NCBI GenBank assembly: GCA_040235515.1
Contig: JBECKX010000062.1
Span: 1 to 14,038 of the forward strand
DNA from: Candidatus Zixiibacteriota bacterium
GTDB lineage: Bacteria; Zixibacteria; MSB-5A5; CAIYYT01
Length of the DNA stretch: 14,038 nucleotides
Reading direction: 5' to 3'
A model generated the notes under the pieces. That model had not been told where the DNA came from and ran no database searches. It saw only the letters and a program-made list of their open reading frames with translations. Position 1 is the first letter of the stretch. The number at the start of each line of letters is the position of its first letter. The translations under genes were made by a program, and so were the position numbers. Of the stretch, positions 1-6,400 are shown one piece after another.

Positions 1-46
1 GACCCGGCCGGGTCTTGTAAGTCCCCACCGCAAAGCGATGGGGCAC
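1..46. repeat. REP-like palindromes at the window edge
   Basis: Perfect palindrome GACCCGGCCGGGTC (1-14) and imperfect hairpin CCCCACCGC-AAA-GCGATGGGG followed by CAC (23-46), in non-coding-looking DNA. Confidence 0.4.
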
Positions 47-271
47 TATGCCTGAGGTTCGGGCATGAATTGAGTCGTCATTACATCGACCGAGCTGGAG
101 GAGGCGTGCGATGCCCGGGGCTGTTGACTTACCGAATGAGAGGATATCATGATCCGGCAAGCTCGCGGCTTCAACTCCGCTCAAGGTCTTCAATGACATC
201 AAGCCAGAAGAACAGGCTTCTACTAATAGCCCGTGGGGATTTTTGATGGGGTTTGCTACAAGTGGCTGACG

Positions 272-315
272 CCGTCAGGTCACACGCCGAAGCGGCGCAA
301 GACCTGACGGAACGG
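272..315. repeat. Palindromic extragenic repeat, family A, copy 1
   Basis: 10-bp stem CCGTCAGGTC (272-281) / GACCTGACGG (301-310), inner CGCCG-AAG-CGGCG hairpin and AACGG tail. A homologous copy lies at 4434-4478. Confidence 0.75.
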
Positions 316-348
316 GGGGAAGCTATAGACTCGACTTATTCTTGTTTA

Positions 349-372
349 GAAAACCCACCATAAATGGTGGGT
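349..372 (-). terminator. Hairpin downstream of the 407..1075 gene; possible terminator or REP-like element
   Basis: ACCCACCA-TAAA-TGGTGGGT (353-372), followed on the minus strand by only a short T run. Confidence 0.4.
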
Positions 373-406
373 CACCAGTCATCGTCAAATGGCAGGCAGC
401 GATCTT

Positions 407-1075
407 CTACCGGTCATTCTGAGATGCGGTGGACTCTGCAATTTTCTGCAACCCCCTACCAACTGAATCAACCGAAGTCGTCAGCTTCTGTAGTTGCTTA
501 TAAATGTCACTGACATCGTATTCGACTAGAAATGCGACTGATTTGGCGTAGTCTACTGTAATCGAATGACTCTCATCAAACTTCTTGTTGCCGTGAGCAT
601 GACGATAGCTGCAACTAACTGAGTATTCTTCTTCAGGATGTTTCAAGAAATCTGGGCTCTGATCTATGAAGGACATGATCTCCTTCCCAGGCGGAAAATA
701 GGCGACCTTACCATTGAATATTGAGTCGTTCAGTGTTTTTCCTGTTTTCATCTTGACGTCAGGACTAAATCTAATTACCAGATCCTTCGCGGCCGATTTG
801 CCGATATTTGTAACCCTCACCCATACTTTGTGCTGCTCTATTATTAGATCCACCGAAATGTAAGGTCTGAATTCTGATTCGTGAACCCTAGTCATTTGCA
901 TGAGCATCAGAGCCGTAAGCAGGACATAGAGGAGTGTAAACAAGGATATCGTGAATGGAATGAAGTCTTTCCCTCCCAATCTGTCAGCAATTCCTGTATT
1001 CAGCATTCCGCCGCCTAGCATGGCGGCCATTATTATGATCAAGACTATCATCGCGATAGAGACTGCTTTTATCAT
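407..1075 (-). CDS. Hypothetical membrane-anchored protein (two N-terminal hydrophobic helices, soluble beta-rich domain, C-terminal coiled-coil-like tail)
   Basis: 222-aa ORF with a purine-rich SD (AAGGAAGGGAAGG). Hydrophobic segments at ~aa 3-22 and 38-59, then an 'RPYISVDL...VRVTNIGKSAAKDL' pattern seen in uncharacterised TM proteins. Confidence 0.8.
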   Translation of the reverse strand: MIKAVSIAMIVLIIIMAAMLGGGMLNTGIADRLGGKDFIPFTISLFTLLYVLLTALMLMQMTRVHESEFRPYISVDLIIEQHKVWVRVTNIGKSAAKDLVIRFSPDVKMKTGKTLNDSIFNGKVAYFPPGKEIMSFIDQSPDFLKHPEEEYSVSCSYRHAHGNKKFDESHSITVDYAKSVAFLVEYDVSDIYKQLQKLTTSVDSVGRGLQKIAESTASQNDR

Positions 1076-1104
1076 ACCTTCCCTTCCTTTCTTGATTGCG
1101 CCTA

Positions 1105-1902
1105 CTACGTTTCCAGTATCTTGCGGAGGCTCACGGTCCAGGCTGGCGGCTCATCAGTTACAGACTCACGAGAAACCCACAATTCTTGATTATCCAACTT
1201 AAGCTTCTGCGTGGTGAGATCACTAGCTTTCATTCTACCACTTAGTGTCGCTACTAACCATTCCATAACAGAAATGCAGATATCGAAGGTCTTTTGTGCC
1301 TCGCTATCCCCTATGGAAAATACATCCCGAGGAAATCCCGTATGCTGCCAATAGTTGTTGCGGAACCCGGAATCGTCGACTAGCCCACCCATGTGATCGC
1401 GCCCCGTAACTTCCAGCGCCATTTCCGTTGCTGTACCGTGGGCGATCGTATTTCGAACTTTGATGCATTCGATGAACTTATTGAATAGTTTGCCTCTGTT
1501 TCTTAAGAATCTGGAACTACTCATTGCCGGTTCGCCGCACAAGCTAGCAAAGTATCTTACCTTGTCATGTAACGGCCAGTGCTCGTATGACTTCGATGAG
1601 AGTTGCTTGCTTATCCACTTGTCTGGCAGTTTATCCGTTTCGCGTAGAGCGTAGGTTGCATGCGCCCAAATGCAGAACGACTCTACTCCGGCGACCGAAA
1701 ACACAATGCTGGCACGCGCGTGAGCGCGCATTAGGCGAGGCCGCCTCTCTTCTACTCGGCGCATTTTTGCTTCAGGAAGCCTCGCTAGCGCCTCACGGAT
1801 TGCATGTGACTCTTCTTTGTGTAACTGCGCATCCAGCCAGTTTGCCTGAAAGGGTCTGGTTTCGATAATACCAGTCTGATTTTTCCCTTTATTGCTCTGC
1901 AT
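1105..1902 (-). CDS. HEPN-like protein (putative RNase)
   Basis: 265-aa ORF with an RxxxxH motif 'KVRNTIAHG' and an upstream helix 'ASIVFSVAGVES' ending in an acidic residue, the usual HEPN arrangement. Confidence 0.65.
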   Translation of the reverse strand: MQSNKGKNQTGIIETRPFQANWLDAQLHKEESHAIREALARLPEAKMRRVEERRPRLMRAHARASIVFSVAGVESFCIWAHATYALRETDKLPDKWISKQLSSKSYEHWPLHDKVRYFASLCGEPAMSSSRFLRNRGKLFNKFIECIKVRNTIAHGTATEMALEVTGRDHMGGLVDDSGFRNNYWQHTGFPRDVFSIGDSEAQKTFDICISVMEWLVATLSGRMKASDLTTQKLKLDNQELWVSRESVTDEPPAWTVSLRKILET

Positions 1903-1947
1903 ATCGCCTAGTGGCTCGTAACAGCTATCAACCCGACCCGTCCCCCT

Positions 1948-3027
1948 CTACGCTACCTGGACATCCTTACAGAGGTAGACATCCTGGACGGCGTTGAGGA
2001 GTTCGACACCTTCTTTCATCGGACGCTGGAATGCCTTGCGGCCGGTGATCAGTCCCATGCCGCCGGCGCGCTTGTTGATCACGGCGGTCGCGACAGCTTC
2101 GGCAAGGTCATTCTTGCCCGAAGCACCACCTGAGTTGATCAGGCCGATGCGTCCCATGTAATCATTGGCGACCTGATAGCGCACCATGTCGATCGGGTTG
2201 GCGCTCAGGAGCTTCTCGTAGGTCTTCTTTGAATATTTTCCGTAGCTGTGACCGAGCGATTTTTCGACGGCAGGGTAACCATCGGGGATGGTCGGAAGTT
2301 TCTGCTTGATGATGTCCGCCTGAATCGTCACCCCAAGATGATTCGCCTGGCCGGTGAGGTCAGCCGCCGTGTGGTAGTCGGTGCCATCAATCTTGAAAGC
2401 GTTATTGCGGAGGTAGCACCAGAGAATGGTAACCATACCGAGTTCGTGGGCATACTGGAACGCCTCCGAAACCTCCTGAATCTGGCGCGTTGATTCATCG
2501 GAGCCGAAATAGACGGTTGCACCGACGCCGATAGCGCCCATATCAAACGCCTGATCGACTTTACCAAACATCACCTGGTCGAATTGATTCGGTACCGAGA
2601 GGAGTTCGTTATGGTTGAACTTGACGATGAACGGAATCTTGTGGCAATACTTGCGCGACACTGCGCCAAGGACGCCGAAGGTGGAGGCCACGGCGTTGCA
2701 GCCACCCTCGATGGCCAGCTTGACGATGTTCTCCGGGTCGAAGTAGTCGGGGTTGGGGGTGAAGGATGCGCCACCGGAATGCTCGATTCCCTGATCGACC
2801 GGGAGGATCGACATATAGCCGGTGCCGGAGAGACGGCCATGATGGATCAACCAGTTGAAATTGCGCAGCACCTGGTTATTGCGATCGGTGTCACTGAAGA
2901 CACGGTCGATGAAGTCGGGTCCGGGGAGATGCAGTTTCGCTTTAGGGATGGTTTTGCATTTGTGGGTGAGGAGTTTTTTGTTCTCCGGGCCAAGCAACGA
3001 TTCGATTTGCGTGATATTCAACGGCAT
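1948..3027 (-). CDS. fbaB: Class I fructose-bisphosphate aldolase (FbaB/DhnA type)
   Basis: Motifs [34 protein letters not shown] (Schiff-base Lys), GLINSGG and [15 protein letters not shown] upstream. Confidence 0.97.
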   Translation of the reverse strand: MPLNITQIESLLGPENKKLLTHKCKTIPKAKLHLPGPDFIDRVFSDTDRNNQVLRNFNWLIHHGRLSGTGYMSILPVDQGIEHSGGASFTPNPDYFDPENIVKLAIEGGCNAVASTFGVLGAVSRKYCHKIPFIVKFNHNELLSVPNQFDQVMFGKVDQAFDMGAIGVGATVYFGSDESTRQIQEVSEAFQYAHELGMVTILWCYLRNNAFKIDGTDYHTAADLTGQANHLGVTIQADIIKQKLPTIPDGYPAVEKSLGHSYGKYSKKTYEKLLSANPIDMVRYQVANDYMGRIGLINSGGASGKNDLAEAVATAVINKRAGGMGLITGRKAFQRPMKEGVELLNAVQDVYLCKDVQVA

Positions 3028-3119
3028 CTTACAACCTCCACTGAGCTTTTAATATCAAATAAAAGAATGATAGTTCATCTGCGATTCTGCCTGTAATGGC
3101 GTTGAGCCGATAACACGCC

Positions 3120-3148
3120 AAAATACGCGATATTAGTCGACAATGCAA
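3120..3148 (-). promoter_or_regulatory. Candidate sigma70 promoter for fbaB
   Basis: Minus strand TTGCAT-17 bp-TATTTT in the acpS-fbaB spacer. Confidence 0.5.
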
Positions 3149-3168
3149 TTTTTCTGAAAGAATCGAAG

Positions 3169-3537
3169 CTAATCTTTGGCTTCGACGATCACGGTGGCCA
3201 TTGCCATGCCGCGGGTGTGGGTGAGAGCGAGATGGGTGCGGAAATCGTCATTGCCGGCGAGTCGGAGGGTTGGACGGCCATATTGGTCGCGTTCGACATA
3301 GAGGGAACGCCAGAGGGTGACATGGATACCGGCCTGGGAGAAGGCTTTATAGCCAGCTTCCTTGGCGGCGAAACGGGCAGCCATGGAGGGGAAGGGCTCT
3401 TTTTTGCGGAGGCAATAGGCGGCCTCCTGCTCGGTATAGACCTTGCGGAGGAAGCGTTCGCCCCAGCGTTCGTAGGCGGCCTTGATGCGGTCGACTTCGA
3501 TCAGGTCGATGCCGATGCCGCGGATGGAGGTTGGCAA
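3169..3537 (-). CDS. acpS: Holo-[acyl-carrier-protein] synthase
   Basis: GIGIDLIE, ARFAAKEAGYKA, GRP and LALTH motifs. TTG start preceded by SD GAAGGAG. Confidence 0.96.
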   Translation of the reverse strand: MPTSIRGIGIDLIEVDRIKAAYERWGERFLRKVYTEQEAAYCLRKKEPFPSMAARFAAKEAGYKAFSQAGIHVTLWRSLYVERDQYGRPTLRLAGNDDFRTHLALTHTRGMAMATVIVEAKD

Positions 3538-3558
3538 TGGTGGCTCCTTCTCATTATG

Positions 3559-3599
3559 CCCTCACCCCCGGCCCCTCTCCCACGAGTGGGAGAGGGGAG
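3559..3599 (+). repeat. 41-bp CCCTCACCCC...CCCTCTCCC-GGGAGAGGG palindromic repeat, family B, copy 1
   Basis: CCCTCACCCCCGGCCCCTCTCCCAC-GA-GTGGGAGAGGGGAG. The inverted copy at 3929-3969 is identical except for the 2-nt loop. Confidence 0.85.
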
Positions 3600-3670
3600 G
3601 AGGAGGATTTTGTCTCTCACACGAAGGTTATTTCGTGTTCTAACTGGGGCGCGATAGACTTAAGAAAACA

Positions 3671-3724
3671 CACCCCGTCTCACTCCGACGAGTCGGAGTG
3701 AACCACCCCTCTCGTTAGAGGGGG
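3671..3724 (+). repeat. Double-hairpin repeat, family C (CACCCCGTC...CACCCCTCT...AGAGGGG)
   Basis: Stems TCACTCCGAC-GA-GTCGGAGTGA (3680-3701) and CCCCTCT-CGTT-AGAGGGG (3706-3723). Confidence 0.65.
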
Positions 3725-3745
3725 ATTGCGCCTCGCGGCGCTACT

Positions 3746-3817
3746 GTAGGGGCGAGTGGTACTCGCCCGGGAAACGCACGGTATTGATGTGCAAGGGCGA
3801 ATGCCATTCGCCCCTAC
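3746..3817. repeat. GTAG-type REP doublet (REPIN-like), family D, copy 1
   Basis: GTAG-GGGCGAGT-GGT-ACTCGCCC, a spacer, then inverted GGGCGAAT-GCC-ATTCGCCC-CTAC; 72 bp. A direct copy lies at 4614-4685. Confidence 0.85.
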
Positions 3818-3822
3818 GCGGT

Positions 3823-3846
3823 GTCAGACAGGAATGTCTGACCTCC
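3823..3846. repeat. REP-like hairpin, family E
   Basis: GTCAGACA-GGAA-TGTCTGAC followed by CTCC. Confidence 0.55.
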
Positions 3847-3853
3847 TGCGGAG

Positions 3854-3881
3854 TGGATTCCGGGCCACGCCCGGAATGACG
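3854..3881 (-). repeat. CGTC-type REP, family F, copy 1
   Basis: TGG-ATTCCGGG-CCACG-CCCGGAAT-GACG, which reads CGTC-ATTCC... on the minus strand. A related copy lies at 4485-4511. Confidence 0.75.
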
Positions 3882-3928
3882 TACCTGAAAATATACGGCA
3901 TGTCGAACCAGCGTAGCGCGCGCTCTAG

Positions 3929-3969
3929 CTCCCCTCTCCCACGAGTGGGAGAGGGGCCGGGGGTGAGGG
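3929..3969 (-). repeat. Family B repeat, copy 2 (inverted relative to 3559-3599)
   Basis: Reverse complement matches 3559-3599 at 39 of 41 positions; both differences are in the hairpin loop. Confidence 0.85.
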
Positions 3970-4098
3970 TTGTCTTGAGACCCGCAACCAGCTATGTTGC
4001 CGCAGCGTGCGTGACCTCTTGCACCCACCAGCGTCGTGCACTTCATACTCAAATGGCGTGCCGAAGTCAACTATATCGACCGTGACGGTATTTCGATC

Positions 4099-4126
4099 TT
4101 GCAGGATGGGAAGTCGCGCGTATTAT
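4099..4126 (+). promoter_or_regulatory. Candidate sigma70 promoter for the ncRNA
   Basis: TTGCAG (4099-4104), 16 bp, TATTAT (4121-4126). This places +1 at ~4133, the base of the long stem. Confidence 0.6.
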
Positions 4127-4133
4127 TAGTCAG

Positions 4134-4335
4134 AAGTTAGAGAGGGGCCAATTTGAAAATCTCTAACATTTAACTCATGAAGGTCGCCTCCGCACCCGGT
4201 TGAGCGTCCCGCCGTGATTCCGGTGGCCCTGGATAGCGGGAGCAAAAAACCGCAGGTGGCTGTAAAAAACCTTTAACGTGTCTATACACGGAGTTTTTTC
4301 AAATGGAATGGAGAAATCCTCCCCTCTCTTAACTT
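4134..4335 (+). ncRNA. ssrS: 6S RNA-like rod-shaped non-coding RNA
   Basis: ~200 nt. 4134-4147 pairs with 4321-4335 and 4148-4163 with 4291-4306. A/U-rich central bubble (4164-4178 opposite 4275-4290, the latter with a small CGTGT/ACACG hairpin). Apical irregular stem GAAGGT/ACCTTT, CGGTT/AACCG, TCCCGC/GCGGGA. Flanked by a promoter and a strong terminator, with no credible ORF. Confidence 0.7.
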
Positions 4336-4357
4336 TTCATTCTCTCGAAGGAATGAT

Positions 4358-4386
4358 GCGACCCGGAAGGGTCGCTTTTTTTTTTT
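4358..4386 (+). terminator. Rho-independent terminator of the ncRNA
   Basis: GCGACCC-GGAA-GGGTCGC followed by 11 T. Confidence 0.92.
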
Positions 4387-4433
4387 GCGTCGATACTGGA
4401 GCGTAACACGGCCTGTTTCAGGGGGCGGCTTTG

Positions 4434-4478
4434 GCGTCACGTCACACCTCGCAGGCTCGGCAAGACGTGACGCAACGG
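4434..4478. repeat. Family A repeat, copy 2
   Basis: GCGTCACGTC (4434-4443) / GACGTGACGC (4464-4473), with the same ACAC...GCAA loop borders and AACGG tail as 272-315. Confidence 0.75.
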
Positions 4479-4484
4479 CCAAGA

Positions 4485-4511
4485 TGGATTCCCGCCTGCG
4501 CGGGAATGACG
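4485..4511 (-). repeat. CGTC-type REP, family F, copy 2
   Basis: TGG-ATTCCCGC-CTGC-GCGGGAAT-GACG. Confidence 0.8.
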
Positions 4512-4613
4512 CGACCCATGCGGGCCGCTTTTCTTCATTCGCAGTCTGCGCTTACCAGCAACGACGATACACACCCGTTCCCCGCGAGGGGATTTGGCGC
4601 CTGTGGCGCTACT

Positions 4614-4685
4614 GTAGGGGCGAGTGGTACTCGCCCAGGAAACGCACGATTTAGATATATAAGGGCGAATGCCATTCGCCCCGAC
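4614..4685. repeat. GTAG-type REP doublet, family D, copy 2
   Basis: Same 72-bp length and near-identical palindromes as 3746-3817. Differences are mostly in the spacer, and the terminal CTAC has become CGAC. Confidence 0.85.
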
Positions 4686-4694
4686 GGAGAATGT

Positions 4695-4719
4695 CAAGCC
4701 CCAAGAGGGCTTGCGCTAC
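4695..4719 (-). repeat. GTAG-tagged hairpin, family G, just downstream of the roadblock operon
   Basis: CAAGCCC-CAAGA-GGGCTTG-CGCTAC (minus strand GTAGCGCAAGCCC...). Confidence 0.55.
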
Positions 4720-4750
4720 GTTGCTGTTGGATGTTGGCAGGGTTGACTTG

Positions 4751-5491
4751 TTACAGCGGCTGTCGCTGGGTGGAGCGGAAATAGCCGTAGAATCCGATCT
4801 GGCTGAGGGCTTCACGGTAGTCGACGGTCAATTCTTCGATATCGAAACCGATGGTGCTGGCTTTTTGCTGCGCGTGATAAAGAAACGCCTGAATCAGGTC
4901 GGCGGAAGCCTGAACAAAGGTGTAATCGATGTTCTTCTCGGCACCCTTAATCAGAATCACACCACCGTTGGCATCCACAGTGAGATGCTTAAGCATCGGG
5001 TAACGTTCGATCAAAGCATCCTTCTCGCGGCGGAGCAGTTCGGCGATTTCGAAACGGGAGATCTGGCCCTGGAAGTAGCCCAGCGTCAGGTTGATCGTGC
5101 GAGCCAGTAGAGCGACATGCTCTTTCTTGAAGTGCTTGTTTTTCGGAACCACGGCAGGCGCAGACTTCAGCTCTGCCTCGAGATTGGGTATCGCGCTTTT
5201 CAGGACGAGATTCAGAGTCGTCGTGATCAGATCAGGTTTCGCCATAATCAAGAGCGCAAAGTTGTCGGCGTTGACCAGCCAGATCCAGCCTTTCTGGAAG
5301 CGGGCGATCACGCGTTTGCCCGGCTGGGTTTGCTGAGAGAACTTCGTCAGGCTTGAACAGATCGTCGCGGTTTCAGCCGCCGAGATCCTGGCGGGGAGAA
5401 GTTTGTGATACTGGCCGGTGTTGACATCCCAGATGATTACCCCGGATACACCCATCACGCCGCGGATGGATTCGATGATCTTCTTGTTCAT
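4751..5491 (-). CDS. Hypothetical protein with N-terminal roadblock/LC7-like domain and helical C-terminal domain
   Basis: N-terminus 'IIESIRGVMGVSGVIIWD...helix...ARFQKGWIWLVNADNFALLIMAKPDLITTTLNLVL' follows the roadblock alpha-beta-beta-alpha-beta-beta-beta-alpha pattern. Start overlaps the upstream stop (ATGA). Confidence 0.7.
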   Translation of the reverse strand: MNKKIIESIRGVMGVSGVIIWDVNTGQYHKLLPARISAAETATICSSLTKFSQQTQPGKRVIARFQKGWIWLVNADNFALLIMAKPDLITTTLNLVLKSAIPNLEAELKSAPAVVPKNKHFKKEHVALLARTINLTLGYFQGQISRFEIAELLRREKDALIERYPMLKHLTVDANGGVILIKGAEKNIDYTFVQASADLIQAFLYHAQQKASTIGFDIEELTVDYREALSQIGFYGYFRSTQRQPL

Positions 5492-6117
5492 GCGGCCGCC
5501 TTCACGATTTTCCAGAGTGATTCGAATATCTCTTTTTTGCGAATCCTGGCGCTAACCAGCACCGAGAGATAGCCGCCCTGATAGGGGAGCAACAACAGAT
5601 CGTGTGAACCGAGGTTGATGATACAATCCTCGCATTCGCCGAAGTTCGATGCGCGGGAGATATCGAAAAGGACATCGGTGAGCTGGCCGATCATTTGAGC
5701 CATCAACTCGGCCTCTTTGGTGACACGTTGCTGGGAGAGGAGCTTGCCCTCTGAAGTGACAATGAAGGCAGATTCGACATCCGGCAGAGCGGTGACGCTT
5801 TCCAGCAGGTTGGGGGCTGCGGGTTTGGTGACCGGGGCTGCGGTCGACTGAGCGACCAGCGTTGCCGCATGTTCATTCACAAGCGCAACGACCTCTCTAT
5901 GCTGCTTGTTGATCAACTCTTCGACAATATGGAGCTCTTCCAGCGAGTCAATCTGCTTACCCCATTGCTTCTGGATCTTATGGATAACGCGTCCGGCGAG
6001 ACTCACCGCGGTAGCGATACGAGGCTCCGGATACTTGGAGAATTCGGTTTGGATTTCGATCTTCTGACCACCATGGTTGATGGCTGCCAGGCGACCGGCT
6101 GGAATATAGTTGCTCAT
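5488..6117 (-). CDS. Two-domain protein: conserved 'IQTE...P.I.T.V...GRVI...QH..V' domain plus C-terminal roadblock/LC7 (MglB-like) domain
   Basis: C-terminal 'LLESVTALPDVESAFIVTSEGKLL...FGECEDCIINLGSHDLLLLPYQGGYLSVLV' is roadblock-like. An Ala/Pro linker separates the two domains. Confidence 0.75.
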   Translation of the reverse strand: MSNYIPAGRLAAINHGGQKIEIQTEFSKYPEPRIATAVSLAGRVIHKIQKQWGKQIDSLEELHIVEELINKQHREVVALVNEHAATLVAQSTAAPVTKPAAPNLLESVTALPDVESAFIVTSEGKLLSQQRVTKEAELMAQMIGQLTDVLFDISRASNFGECEDCIINLGSHDLLLLPYQGGYLSVLVSARIRKKEIFESLWKIVKAAA

Positions 6118-6323
6118 TACCCGTAATTTTGATAAGCGCGAACCTGTTTAGCGGCCCGCTTCCCGCCTATGTACTTAGCATGGCCCCGGAGGAGATTGAA
6201 CGCAATCAGTCCAAGGCAGTGATACAGTTAGAATTATCGGATAGAGAGGGTTGGAACTACACGCATCGGGGCGAGAATATTGCGTGGTTCCGGATTGAAA
6301 CAGGCACGATTTTGCTCGAGGAA

Positions 6324-6352
6324 TTGACGTTTGAGAGGGAAATCCGTAATTT
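6324..6352 (+). promoter_or_regulatory. Candidate sigma70 promoter for 6401..6937
   Basis: TTGACG-17 bp-TAATTT, about 50 bp upstream of the ATG. Confidence 0.6.
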
Positions 6353-6400
6353 CTACTGAGGAAAGTATCAATCGAGGCAAGTGGAATAACGGGAGGCTAA

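Noticed and set aside
1..260. Open frames across 1-246, a 15-aa ORF MIRQARGFNSAQGLQ (149-196), and a TGTAGCAAACCCC end (minus strand, from 260) resembling an IS remnant
   Set aside because: Too short, no matching second inverted repeat, no convincing transposase motif, and the frames run through palindromic repeats.
316..1947. Integron cassette interpretation of the two AT-rich genes
   Set aside because: No attC-like RYYYAAC...GTTRRRY structure in the 29-bp or 45-bp spacers or downstream, and no integrase in the window.
4134..4335. tmRNA, SRP RNA, RNase P RNA or riboswitch as the identity of the ncRNA
   Set aside because: No tRNA-like T-arm/CCA end, no SRP GGAA-loop/AGCAG motif, no RNase P GAGGAAAGTCC motif, and no same-strand downstream gene to regulate.
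3559..4719. CRISPR array
   Set aside because: The repeats belong to different families, are irregularly spaced and in mixed orientation, and no cas genes are present.
3217..4784. ORFs 3217..3657, 3741..4070, 3756..4085, 4282..4482, 4385..4654 and 4431..4784
   Set aside because: They are antisense to acpS or translations of GC-rich palindromic repeats and the ncRNA terminator, with no protein-like features.
6301..6316. Sigma54-like site CAGGCACGATTTTGCT
   Set aside because: GG-to-GC spacing is 9 nt rather than the strictly required 10.
6129..6359. 76-aa plus-strand ORF
   Set aside because: Weak TTG start without an SD; it spans the divergent promoter region and has no recognisable motif.
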